DNA from: Hormiphora californensis
Taxonomy: Eukaryota > Animalia > Ctenophora
NCBI GenBank assembly: GCA_020137815.1
Contig: CM035354.1
Span: 1,922,001-1,986,000, forward strand
Reading direction: 5' to 3'
DNA length: 64,000 nt
Below the pieces are notes generated by a model that saw only the letters and a list, made by a program, of their open reading frames with translations, was not told the DNA's origin and ran no database searches. Below, one piece after another: positions 63,901-64,000 of this stretch (position 1 is its first letter; each line of letters starts with the position of its first letter). The translations under genes were made by a program, and so were the position numbers.

Positions 63901-63990
63901 GCTGTAGTGGGACAGGGACCTGTTTTAGAAGGCGGGGAACACAGTAGCAATTCGTGGCAGAGCTGTAGTGGGACAGGGACCTGTTTTAGA
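60908..63990. repeat. 61-62-bp minisatellite (~50 copies) with orientation switch at ~63127
   Basis: Unit AAAACAGGTCCCTGTCCCAATACAGCTCTGCCACGAATTGCTACTGTGTTCCTCCGTCTTCT forward to ~63126, reverse complement afterwards. Confidence 0.96.
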
Positions 63991-64000
63991 TTCTTCTTCT

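Overview
Eukaryotic (metazoan) genomic DNA with GT-AG introns and very dense transposon and satellite content. The repeat style and divergent gene families suggest an early-branching invertebrate, possibly a ctenophore; this is an impression only and cannot be checked here. Five spliced genes were reconstructed by hand with mostly phase-consistent exons: a DCLK3-like Ser/Thr kinase (+, 5' part outside the window, to 7538), a divergent GST-fold protein with a ~100-aa RG-rich insertion (+, 18500-23417), a class A GPCR (+, 31232 to ~36523), a Shaker-family K+ channel subunit with atypical S4 and filter (-, 42286-38792), and an OATP/SLCO transporter (+, 44317-56887). Mobile DNA includes a very young gag-only LTR retroelement (795-bp LTRs that look identical, 4-bp TSD, no pol), many MITEs and foldback elements, a piggyBac-type non-autonomous element containing a spacer-less 638-bp palindrome, and a possible Helitron. 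The most unusual signals are: (i) tandem repeats that copy splice sites, above all ~46 copies of the OATP last-exon acceptor and 4 copies of the Kv pore-exon acceptor; (ii) the GST-fold protein resembling S-crystallin architecture; (iii) the gag-only LTR element; (iv) repeats carrying RFX X-box motifs. All exon models are manual and unsupported by RNA data.
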